Shown: piece after piece, positions 38,186-46,060 of the stretch
Layout of the letters: every line of letters begins with the position of its first letter
How positions within the stretch are numbered: the first letter of the stretch is position 1
From: Acetobacteraceae bacterium
Lineage (GTDB): Bacteria; Pseudomonadota; Alphaproteobacteria; Acetobacterales; Acetobacteraceae
Assembly: GCA_027483995.1 (NCBI GenBank)
Contig: JAIXTK010000116.1
Location: 1 to 54,181, forward strand
DNA: 54,181 nucleotides
Direction: 5' to 3'
Notes under the pieces: model-generated
Told to the model about the DNA's origin: nothing
The model's input: only the letters and a program-made list of their open reading frames with translations
Database searches by the model: none
Position numbers and translations under genes: made by a program

Positions 38186-40477
38186 AACGCACAACAGAAC
38201 GGACACCGATTGCCCCGCCGGCACATGCACCGGCGCCCCGCACACCTCGATATCGATCGCGCTCCCCTGCTCGATCTCCAGCGTCGCCTGCGCCGGGTCC
38301 AGCCGCACGCGCAGCCGGCTGCCGTGCCAGTGGAGTGCGAAGGCGAGGCTGGTCCAGGCCGCGGGCAGGCGGGGGTTGAGGCGCAGCGTGCCGGTTTGCC
38401 AGGAGGCGCCGGCGAAGCCGAGCACCGCGGCCTGCCAGACGCCGCCGAGAGCCGCGATATGCACGCCACCGGCGCTGCTGCCGGGCTTGCCCTCCATGTC
38501 CGGCAGGTAGGCCTGGCGGAAGTGGCGCAGCGCCTGGGCGGTATGGCCGAGACGGGCGGCGACCACGGCGTGCAGCGCGGCGCTGAGCGAGCTTTCGTGG
38601 GTGTTGAGGGGTTCGTAGTAGTCGTAGCTGGCGCGCAGCGTTTCCGGTGGGACGGCATCGGGCAGCAGGGCAAGCAGGGCGACCACGTCCGCCTGCTTGG
38701 CGATCTGGGTGTGCTGGGCGCGGCCACGCACCAGGGCGGCGGCCTCCGCCCCCGTGGTGCCGTGCAGATCGACCCGGGGCAGCTGGAAGAAGCCGCGGAA
38801 CTGCTCGATCAGGCCGGTCGCGGGGTCGTGCGGGATCACCAGCGCATCGGCGGCGCGCCGCCAGGCGGCGGGTTCGGCCTCGGCCAAGGCGAGGCGGGTG
38901 GCGAGGGCGGCATGGGCGGCGGGGCGGCGCGCCCGGAGCAGGGCCAGGGCCTCGGCGGCGCTGCGCAGGCAGTGTGCGGCCATGGCGTTGGTGAAGGCGT
39001 TGTCGTCCACCAGCTCATGGTACTCGTCCGGCCCGATCACGCCGGAGATGTGCAGGCTGCCATCGGGCGAAGGCTCGGCGCGGCTGGCCCAGAAGCGGGC
39101 GCAGTCTGCCATGATCTCGGCGCCGGCCTCTGCGAGGAAATCCGTGTCGTCGGTGGCCAGGATGTGGTTCCAGACGGCATAGGCGATATCGGCGGTGATG
39201 TGCTGTTCCTGGGTGCCGGTTTGCACGGGAACGGGAATGCCGTCGGCGCCCAGGATAGTGGGGGGCGTGGCCTCCGCGCCGGTATCGGCGGATTCCCAGG
39301 CGAACATCGCACCCCGGTAGCCCAACGACGCGGCGCGGGCGCGGGCGGCCGGCAGGGTGCGGTGGCGATAAAGCAGCAGGGCGCGCGCCGCTTCGGGCCA
39401 GGTGAGGGTGTAGAAGGGCAGCAGGTAGATCTCGGTGTCCCAGAAGACATGGCCGAGATAGCTGTCCCCGGTCATGGCGCGGGCACCGATGGAAACCGCG
39501 GGGTCGGCGGGGTTGGCCGCGCTGACCAGGTGGTAGGCGGCGAAGCGCAGCGCCTGCTGGGCGCCGGGATCGCCGGCGATGTCCACGGCGCACTCCCGCC
39601 AGCGATCGTCCCAGGCGGCTTCGTGGGCGGCGAGCAGCGCGCGCCAGGGCGGGGCGGCGGCGCGGGCGGCGATGGCGCGCGGGGCCGGATCGTCGGCGCG
39701 CGAATCGGCGCGGGCGGCGGCGACGACGCGGTGGAATTCCATCATCTCGCCGGGCTTGGTGGTCCAGCGCCAGGTGTGGCCGAACGGGGTGTCGGTTTCG
39801 GGCACAAGCTCCGTATCGCCGCGCCGCAGGGATGCCCGCGTGGCCAGCGCCACGCTGTGCGGGGCATGTTCGGCGCGCCAGACCGAGAGGCCGGCCTCCA
39901 GCCTGGCGAGCCCAAGCCCCGTGCCGGCCGGGTCTGGCAGGGCATCGAGCGCGAGGGCGAGCCCGCCCCGGCTGGCCACGATCTGGACCACCTGCAGCGC
40001 CAGCGCCGGGGCGTGGCGGGCGGCGAGGCGCAATGTGCGCAGGTGCAGCACCGTGCCGTCCGCGCATTCGTGGCGCCATTCGGAGAGCAGCAGGCCGCGC
40101 CGCAGGTCGAGCGTACGGGACATGTCGGCCCCCTGGCGCAGGCGCACCAGCGTGCCATCCACCGACAGGCGCAGGCGCAGCCAATCGGGCGCGGGCATGG
40201 CCACGGGGATCGGCGGCTCGATATCCGGCACGTCGAACAGGCCGGCCACGTAGCAGCGCGGCCAGGAGATGGGGCGGAAGGTGGTGATCCAGCTGGTCCA
40301 GAACGCGGCACGGCCGAGATCACGCGCGCCGCGCATTGCCAGCAGGCCATTGGCGGTGGTGAAGCGGGATTCGATATCGGCCTCGCGGGCCGGTTCCAGG
40401 CCATCGGCGTGCATGTGCCAGCCGGGCGCCGGCTGCGCCCAGGCGGGGTCTTCGATCGGGAAGCCGGCATCGTTCAT
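38183..40477 (-). CDS. glycoside hydrolase family 65 (kojibiose/trehalose/maltose phosphorylase-like)
   Basis: ORF 38183..40477. GH65 catalytic-domain signature GHVFWDTEIYLLPFY. About 760 aa, typical for the family. Confidence 0.85.
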   Translation of the reverse strand: MNDAGFPIEDPAWAQPAPGWHMHADGLEPAREADIESRFTTANGLLAMRGARDLGRAAFWTSWITTFRPISWPRCYVAGLFDVPDIEPPIPVAMPAPDWLRLRLSVDGTLVRLRQGADMSRTLDLRRGLLLSEWRHECADGTVLHLRTLRLAARHAPALALQVVQIVASRGGLALALDALPDPAGTGLGLARLEAGLSVWRAEHAPHSVALATRASLRRGDTELVPETDTPFGHTWRWTTKPGEMMEFHRVVAAARADSRADDPAPRAIAARAAAPPWRALLAAHEAAWDDRWRECAVDIAGDPGAQQALRFAAYHLVSAANPADPAVSIGARAMTGDSYLGHVFWDTEIYLLPFYTLTWPEAARALLLYRHRTLPAARARAASLGYRGAMFAWESADTGAEATPPTILGADGIPVPVQTGTQEQHITADIAYAVWNHILATDDTDFLAEAGAEIMADCARFWASRAEPSPDGSLHISGVIGPDEYHELVDDNAFTNAMAAHCLRSAAEALALLRARRPAAHAALATRLALAEAEPAAWRRAADALVIPHDPATGLIEQFRGFFQLPRVDLHGTTGAEAAALVRGRAQHTQIAKQADVVALLALLPDAVPPETLRASYDYYEPLNTHESSLSAALHAVVAARLGHTAQALRHFRQAYLPDMEGKPGSSAGGVHIAALGGVWQAAVLGFAGASWQTGTLRLNPRLPAAWTSLAFALHWHGSRLRVRLDPAQATLEIEQGSAIDIEVCGAPVHVPAGQSVSVLLCV

Positions 40478-41142
40478 GCAGCGGGACCTTGGGGCAGAAG
40501 GACGAGGGCGGCAGGATCATCCAGCGTGGCCACCACACAGGTGGGGCCGGCAGCCAGCAGCGGGGCGGCATCACCCTTGCGGGCCACGGCCAGGCTGGCC
40601 ATGCCGGCAGCGCGTGCGGCGGCAATGCCGGCGGGTGCGTCTTCCAGAACCAGACAGTGCGCGGGGGCCATGCCGAGTTCCGCGGCGGCGCGCAGAAAGA
40701 GATCCGGCGCGGGCTTGCCGTGCGCCACGCCGCGGCCGGAGAGATCGGCGTGGAACAGGCGGGCCAGGTTGGCACTGGCCAGAATGGCCGAGGCGTTCTT
40801 CGAGGAGGACGCGGCAGCGATGCGCAGCCCGGCGGCGCGGGCGGCCTCCAGGAAGCGCACGGCATCGGCGAACACGGTGAAGGCGCCGGCCGCGACCAAG
40901 GCGAGGAAGCGCGCCTGCTTGGCGGCGGCGTAGGCCGCCACCTCGGCCTCGGCCATGATGCCGTGGGCGGCCAGAGCGGCGCGGGCGCCATCGAACCGCG
41001 GCTTGCCGGCGACCAACGCGGCATAGGCAGCTGGGGTGAGCACGGTGCCGGGGTAGCGTTGGGCCAGCGCCTCGCGCCAGGCGCGCTCGTGCGGGGTGTC
41101 GATCACCACGCCGTCGATGTCGACGATCACGGCGGTGATCAA
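40474..41142 (-). CDS. pgmB: beta-phosphoglucomutase-like HAD-IA hydrolase
   Basis: ORF 40474..41142 (TTG start). DIDGVVIDT nucleophile motif and SSSKNA. 4-nt overlap with the GH65 gene. Confidence 0.8.
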   Translation of the reverse strand: MITAVIVDIDGVVIDTPHERAWREALAQRYPGTVLTPAAYAALVAGKPRFDGARAALAAHGIMAEAEVAAYAAAKQARFLALVAAGAFTVFADAVRFLEAARAAGLRIAAASSSKNASAILASANLARLFHADLSGRGVAHGKPAPDLFLRAAAELGMAPAHCLVLEDAPAGIAAARAAGMASLAVARKGDAAPLLAAGPTCVVATLDDPAALVLLPQGPAA

Positions 41143-41269
41143 GGAAGGAAGGCCTTCTTTTTCTGAAGAAAAAGAAGCAAAAAGACTTTTATTTGTTTGC
41201 GCCCGGCCTCCCCGACCAGCAAGCGAATGAAAGTTTTTTGGTTCTTTTTTTCAAAAAAGAACATGCTTA
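41141..41269 (+). repeat. AT-rich nested-palindrome element, copy 6 (complete)
   Basis: AAGGAAGGAAGGC, hairpin A (41154-41177), CAAAAAGACTTTT, centre, GAATGAAAGTTTTTTGG, hairpin B (41241-41262), ATGCTTA. It fills the arfB-pgmB gap. Confidence 0.85.
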
Positions 41270-41683
41270 CTCACTGGGCGGCCGCCGCGCCGCCTTGATG
41301 CCGGAGCGATTTTTTTTCGCGTCCAGGCGCCGTTCCTTGGAGCCGAGCGTGGGCCGTGTGGCGCGGCGCTTGATGGGCACCACCGTGGCGCGGCGGATCA
41401 GCTCGAACAGGATTTCCCGCGCCGCGCTTCGGTTGCGGTCCTGGCTGCGGAATTCCTGGGCGGTGATCACGATCACGCCATCCTGCGTGGCGCGGTGGCC
41501 GGCGAGCTTCAGCAGGCGGATGGCGACATCGTCGGGCAGGTTGGGGGACCGGCGCGCATCGAAGCGCAGCTGCACCGCGGTGCTCACCTTGTTGACGTTC
41601 TGGCCGCCGGGGCCAGAGGCGCGGATGAAGCTTTCCTCCAGCTCGCGCTCATCAAGCTGGATGCGGTGGGTAACGGGGATCAT
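41267..41683 (-). CDS. arfB: alternative ribosome-rescue factor ArfB (peptidyl-tRNA hydrolase, class I RF-like)
   Basis: ORF 41267..41683. GGQ motif ASGPGGQNVNKV and a basic C-terminal tail. Confidence 0.9.
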   Translation of the reverse strand: MIPVTHRIQLDERELEESFIRASGPGGQNVNKVSTAVQLRFDARRSPNLPDDVAIRLLKLAGHRATQDGVIVITAQEFRSQDRNRSAAREILFELIRRATVVPIKRRATRPTLGSKERRLDAKKNRSGIKAARRPPSE

Positions 41684-41686
41684 GGG

Positions 41687-41723
41687 TCTCTCCTGCGGCC
41701 GTTCTACACGACCGCAGGAGAGA
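41687..41723 (-). promoter_or_regulatory. perfect 12-bp hairpin whose 3' arm contains the arfB SD
   Basis: On the mRNA strand: TCTCTCCTGCGG-13 nt-CCGCAGGAGAGA-CCC-ATG. It lies between the SDR stop (41730) and the arfB ATG (41683). Confidence 0.5.
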
Positions 41724-41729
41724 AGGCAG

Positions 41730-42518
41730 CTACTCGCCGCCGCCGGTGGCCGGCTGGCCGGTGGTAACGCCGCCGTCGATCACGAAGGTCTGGCCGGTGG
41801 TGAAGCTGCCGGAGGGGGAGGCGAGGAACACGGCGGCACCCGCGATCTCATCCGGCTCGCCGATGCGCTGCAGCGGGGTGGTCTTGCTGCGGGTCTTTTC
41901 CTTCACGGGGTCTTCCCACAGCGCCTTGGCGAAGTCGGTGCGGATCAGGCCCGGGGCGATGGCGTTGGCGCGGATATTGTCCGGCCCGTATTCCACGCAG
42001 AGGTTGCGCACCAGCGCCATGTCCGCCGCCTTGGAGATGGCATAGACGCCCAGATGCGTGCTGCCGCGCAGGCCGCCGATGGAGGAGACCACGATCATGG
42101 AGCCGCCGCCGCGCTGCTTCATGCTGGGGGCCGCCATGTGGCACAGCCAGTGGTTGGAGCGGACGTTGTAGTTCATCACCCGGTCCCACGCCTCGTCCGG
42201 CAGGTTCTGCGACAGGCCGTAGAACGGGTTCACCGCGGCGTTGCAGACCATGATGTCGATGCCGCCATAGGTGGCGATGGCGAAATCCACCAGCGCCTGC
42301 AGCTCTTCCTTGCGGCCGATGTTGCACACCTTGGTGGCGGCGGTACCGCCCTTGGCGATGATCTCGTTGGTGACGAGATCGCAGGCATCCTGCTTGCGGG
42401 AGGAGACGACGACCTTGGCGCCGTGCTCGGCCATGCGCAGGGCGATGGCCTTGCCGATGCCCTTGCTGGAGCCGGTGATGACGGCAACCTTGCCGGTGAG
42501 ATCAAAAAGCGACGACAT
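41730..42518 (-). CDS. SDR-family oxidoreductase
   Basis: ORF 41730..42560. ATG 42518 (MSSLFDLTGKVAVITGSSKGIG) is preceded by GGAGGA. NAAV, YAISKAA. Confidence 0.85.
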   Translation of the reverse strand: MSSLFDLTGKVAVITGSSKGIGKAIALRMAEHGAKVVVSSRKQDACDLVTNEIIAKGGTAATKVCNIGRKEELQALVDFAIATYGGIDIMVCNAAVNPFYGLSQNLPDEAWDRVMNYNVRSNHWLCHMAAPSMKQRGGGSMIVVSSIGGLRGSTHLGVYAISKAADMALVRNLCVEYGPDNIRANAIAPGLIRTDFAKALWEDPVKEKTRSKTTPLQRIGEPDEIAGAAVFLASPSGSFTTGQTFVIDGGVTTGQPATGGGE

Positions 42519-42587
42519 GGGCGTTCCTCCGCGAAGTTCGTTGAGGGGAGGAAAGCGCAAAGCAGAGCGGTGCGCCAGCCCCGGCGC

Positions 42588-43796
42588 CTAGAGCAGCGCC
42601 AGCGCCACCAGGATGGTCAGCACCGTCAGCGGCGCGCCGGCCATGAGGTAGGTCCAGAAGCCGATCTCCACGCCGCGCGCCCGTGCCCGCTGCACCACGA
42701 TGAGGTTGGCGACCGATCCCACCAGGGTGAGGTTGCCGGCCAGGGTGGCGGTGGCGGCCACCACCGTCCAGGCGCGGGCGGGGTCTGGCAGCGTGGCGAC
42801 GAAGGGCCTCAGCACCAGCACCGCCGGCACGTTGCTGACGATGTTGGAGAGCGCGGCGGTAGCGAGACCCAGCGTGGGCATGTGGTGCGGGCCGAGGCCG
42901 GCGATGGCGGCGATGCGCTCCGGCGTCAGCACCGCGCGTTCCAGCCCCGCCACCACCACGAACAGCCCGGCGAACATCACCAGCAGCGGCCAGTCGATCT
43001 CGGCATAGATGCGCGCGGGCTTCACGCGGCGCGTGGCCAGCAGCACGGCGCCGGCCACCAGCGCGGCCTCGGCCGGCGGCACCCCGGCGAAGAAGGCGGC
43101 GGCCATCAGCAGCGCCACCACGGAGGTCTTGCGCAGCAGCTTGCGGTCGGTGCGCCAGGGCGGCGGCTCGGCGGAGAGGCGCGCGGCTGTCAGGAACTCG
43201 CCGCGCCAGAGCAGGGCCAGCAACGCGATGGTGAGAAACAACCCGATCGCGGCAACAGGGGCCATGCTGGCGGCGAATTGCGCGTAGGGAATGCCGGAGA
43301 GGCTGCCCACGATCATGTTCTGCGGGTTGCCGGTGAGCGTGGCGGCCCCGCCAATATTGGCGGCGAGCGGGATCGCCAGAACATAGGGCACGGGGTTGCG
43401 GCGCAGATGCAGCACGATATCGAGCACCAGCGGCGTCAGCACGATGCAGATCGTGTCGTTCACCAGGAAGGCGCTGAGCACGCCCGACAGCACCACGATG
43501 GCGGCGAGCAGCGGCAGCGGGTGGCGCGCCCGTGCCACGGCCCAGGCGGTGGCGAGCGCGAAGAACCCGGCGAGGCGCAGATGCGCCACCACGATCATCA
43601 TGCCCAGCAGCAGCGCGATCGTGTTCCAGTCGATGGCGCGGTAGGCCGCCTCCAGCGGAATGGCGCCGGTGGCGACCATCAGCGCGCCGCCCAGCAGCGC
43701 GGCGCCGATGCGGTCGATGCGCAGGCCCGGCAGTCGCCCGAAGGCGACCACGGCATAGGTGGCGGCGAAGATCGTGATCGTCAGCACAGGAAGCAT
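42588..43796 (-). CDS. anion permease of the ArsB/NhaD-CitMHS (SLC13-like) superfamily
   Basis: ORF 42588..43859. ATG 43796 is chosen because the upstream codons are repeat-derived (KVFWFFFSKKN). Polytopic membrane protein. Confidence 0.8.
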   Translation of the reverse strand: MLPVLTITIFAATYAVVAFGRLPGLRIDRIGAALLGGALMVATGAIPLEAAYRAIDWNTIALLLGMMIVVAHLRLAGFFALATAWAVARARHPLPLLAAIVVLSGVLSAFLVNDTICIVLTPLVLDIVLHLRRNPVPYVLAIPLAANIGGAATLTGNPQNMIVGSLSGIPYAQFAASMAPVAAIGLFLTIALLALLWRGEFLTAARLSAEPPPWRTDRKLLRKTSVVALLMAAAFFAGVPPAEAALVAGAVLLATRRVKPARIYAEIDWPLLVMFAGLFVVVAGLERAVLTPERIAAIAGLGPHHMPTLGLATAALSNIVSNVPAVLVLRPFVATLPDPARAWTVVAATATLAGNLTLVGSVANLIVVQRARARGVEIGFWTYLMAGAPLTVLTILVALALL

Positions 43797-43912
43797 GTTC
43801 TTTTTTGAAAAAAAGAACCAAAAAACTTTTCTCCCCTGGTGTCCAGGGGCCCCGCCCAAAACGGCTAAAGTCTTTTTGCTTCTTTTTCTTCAGAAAAAGA
43901 AGGCCTTGCTTA
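43790..43912 (-). repeat. AT-rich nested-palindrome element, copy 7 (complete, inverted orientation)
   Basis: The reverse complement reads GTAAGCAAGGC, hairpin A, CAAAAAGACTTTA, GC-rich centre (GGGGCCCCTGGACACCAGGGG), AAAAGTTTTTTGG, hairpin B, ATGCTTCC. It fills the copA-permease gap. Confidence 0.85.
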
Positions 43913-46060
43913 CTGCGGCTTCCACCGCCGCAACGACAGCGCATTCAGCACCACGCTCACGCTCGAAAGCGCCATGGCCCCGCCGGCCAGCATCGGGTCC
44001 AGGAAGCCGGCCGCGGCGACGGGAATGCCCAGCACGTTGTAGGCGAAGGCCCAGAACAGCCCCTGGCGCAGCTTGGCCCAGGTCCGGCGGGAAAGGTCGA
44101 TGGCATCGGCCACCAAAGCCGGGTCACCGCGCATCAGCGTGATGCCGGCGGCGTGCATCGCCACATCGGTGCCGGTGCCCATGGCGAAGCCGACATCGGC
44201 GGCGGCCAGGGCGGGGGCGTCGTTCACCCCATCGCCCACCATGGCCACCACGCCACCTTCTGCGCGCAGGGCGGCCACGTGGGCGGCCTTGTCGGCTGGC
44301 AGCACCTCGGCCTGCACATCATCGATGCCCAGCGCCAGGGCGGCGGTGCGGGCGGCGGCCTTGGTGTCGCCGCTGATCAGCACGGTGCGGATGCCCATCG
44401 CCTTCAGCCGGGCGATGGCGGCCGCGGCGGTGGGCTTCACTGCGTCGCCGAAGCCCAGCAGGGCCAGGGTTTCCCCGTCGGCGGTGGCCAGCCAGGCGAG
44501 GCTGCGGCCCTCGGCGGAAAGAGCCGCCTCGGCCTCGGCGAGCGCGCCGGGGGTAGCACCGGTTTCGTCCAGCAGGCGGCGGCTGCCGAGCACCAGCCGG
44601 CGGCCCTCCACCACGCCTTCCACGCCGCGGCCCGGCAGGGCGCGGACGGCTCCGGCGGCGGGGATGACCACGCCGTGTGCCGCCTCGATCACCGCGCGGG
44701 CCAGCGGGTGCTCGCTGCCGGATTGCAATGCGGCGGCCAGGCGCAGCACCTCCTCCTCCGAAACGCCGGGCGCGGGGTGCAGCGCCAGCAGGCGCGGGTG
44801 GCCTTCCGTCAGCGTGCCGGTCTTGTCGAAGGCCACCGTGGTGACGGCATGGGCGCCTTCCAGCGCGGCGGCATCGCGGATCAGGATGCCGCGGCGTGCC
44901 GCCACGCCGGTGCCGACCATGATGGCCGTCGGCGTGGCCAGCCCCATGGCGCAGGGGCAGGCGATCACCAGCACCGCCACGGCATGGATCACCGCCGGCA
45001 CCACATCGCCGCCGATCAGCCACCAGCCGAGGAAGGTCGCGGCCGCGATCGCCACCACCACCGGCACGAACACGGCACTCACGCGATCGGCCAGGCGCTG
45101 GATCGGCGGCTTGGTGGCCTGCGCGTCCTCCACCAGCCGGATCATTCGGGCGAGCACGCTTTCCGCGCCGACCGAGGTGGCGCGCACCAGCAGCCGCGCC
45201 TCGCCGTTGATCGCCCCACCGGTCACGCGCTCACCCGGCGCCTTGGCCACCGGCAGGCTCTCGCCGGTCAGCAGGCTTTCATCCACGCTGCCGGTGCCGT
45301 CCTCCACCACGCCATCGGCGGCGATGCGCTCGCCGGGGCGGATCACCAGCACATCGCCGGCGCGCAGGCTGGCGGTGGGCACTTCCTGCTCCGTGCCATC
45401 GCGCATGATGCGCGCGGTTTCCGGGCGCAGCGCGGCCAGTGCCTCGATCGCCGCGGTGGTGCGGGCGCGGGCGCGATGCTCCAGGAAGCGGCCGAGCATC
45501 ACCAGCGTGATCACCACGCTGGCGCCCTCGAAATACAGCTCCATCGTGTACTCGGGCCAGGCGACGATCATCTCGCCGGTGGAGAGGGCGAAGGCCGCCG
45601 TGGTGCCCAGCGCCACCAGCACATCCATGCTGGCGCTGCCGCCGCGCAGGCTCTTCCAGGCCGCCACGTAGAACCGGGCGCCGAAACCGAACTGCACCGG
45701 CAGGGCGAGCAGGAACTGCACCCAGGGCGGCAACATCAGCACGTGGCCATAGCCGAACGGATCGGCCAGCATCGGCAGCACCAGCGGCAGCGTCAGCAGC
45801 GCGGCCACCAGCACCGGCCAGAGCGGATCGGGCTTGGCGTGCTTCACCTGCGCCACCGGCACGGCGGTATAGCCGGCGCGGGAGACGGCTTCCGTCAGCG
45901 CCTCCAGCTTCACCTCGGCATCGGCATGCACACGGGCGCGGTTGGTGGCCAGGTTCACCTCCGCCGCCGCCACGCCCGGCACGCGCTTCAGCACCTTTTC
46001 CACGCGCGTGACGCAGGCGGCGCAGGTCATGCCCTCGATGCCGAGATCGATCTCCGCCAT
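43910..46060 (-). CDS. copA: copper-translocating P1B-type ATPase
   Basis: ORF 43910..46204. ATG 46060 (MAEIDLGIEGMTCAACV...) follows GAGGAG. CPC (ACPCAMGLATP), DKTGTLT, GDGVNDAP. Confidence 0.9.
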   Translation of the reverse strand: MAEIDLGIEGMTCAACVTRVEKVLKRVPGVAAAEVNLATNRARVHADAEVKLEALTEAVSRAGYTAVPVAQVKHAKPDPLWPVLVAALLTLPLVLPMLADPFGYGHVLMLPPWVQFLLALPVQFGFGARFYVAAWKSLRGGSASMDVLVALGTTAAFALSTGEMIVAWPEYTMELYFEGASVVITLVMLGRFLEHRARARTTAAIEALAALRPETARIMRDGTEQEVPTASLRAGDVLVIRPGERIAADGVVEDGTGSVDESLLTGESLPVAKAPGERVTGGAINGEARLLVRATSVGAESVLARMIRLVEDAQATKPPIQRLADRVSAVFVPVVVAIAAATFLGWWLIGGDVVPAVIHAVAVLVIACPCAMGLATPTAIMVGTGVAARRGILIRDAAALEGAHAVTTVAFDKTGTLTEGHPRLLALHPAPGVSEEEVLRLAAALQSGSEHPLARAVIEAAHGVVIPAAGAVRALPGRGVEGVVEGRRLVLGSRRLLDETGATPGALAEAEAALSAEGRSLAWLATADGETLALLGFGDAVKPTAAAAIARLKAMGIRTVLISGDTKAAARTAALALGIDDVQAEVLPADKAAHVAALRAEGGVVAMVGDGVNDAPALAAADVGFAMGTGTDVAMHAAGITLMRGDPALVADAIDLSRRTWAKLRQGLFWAFAYNVLGIPVAAAGFLDPMLAGGAMALSSVSVVLNALSLRRWKPQ

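Noticed and set aside
5782-43912. Whether the repeated AT-rich hairpins could be a CRISPR array or its remnants.
   Set aside because: The copies are dispersed 2-14 kb apart between unrelated genes, not arrayed with regular short spacers. They occur in both orientations, and no cas genes are present.
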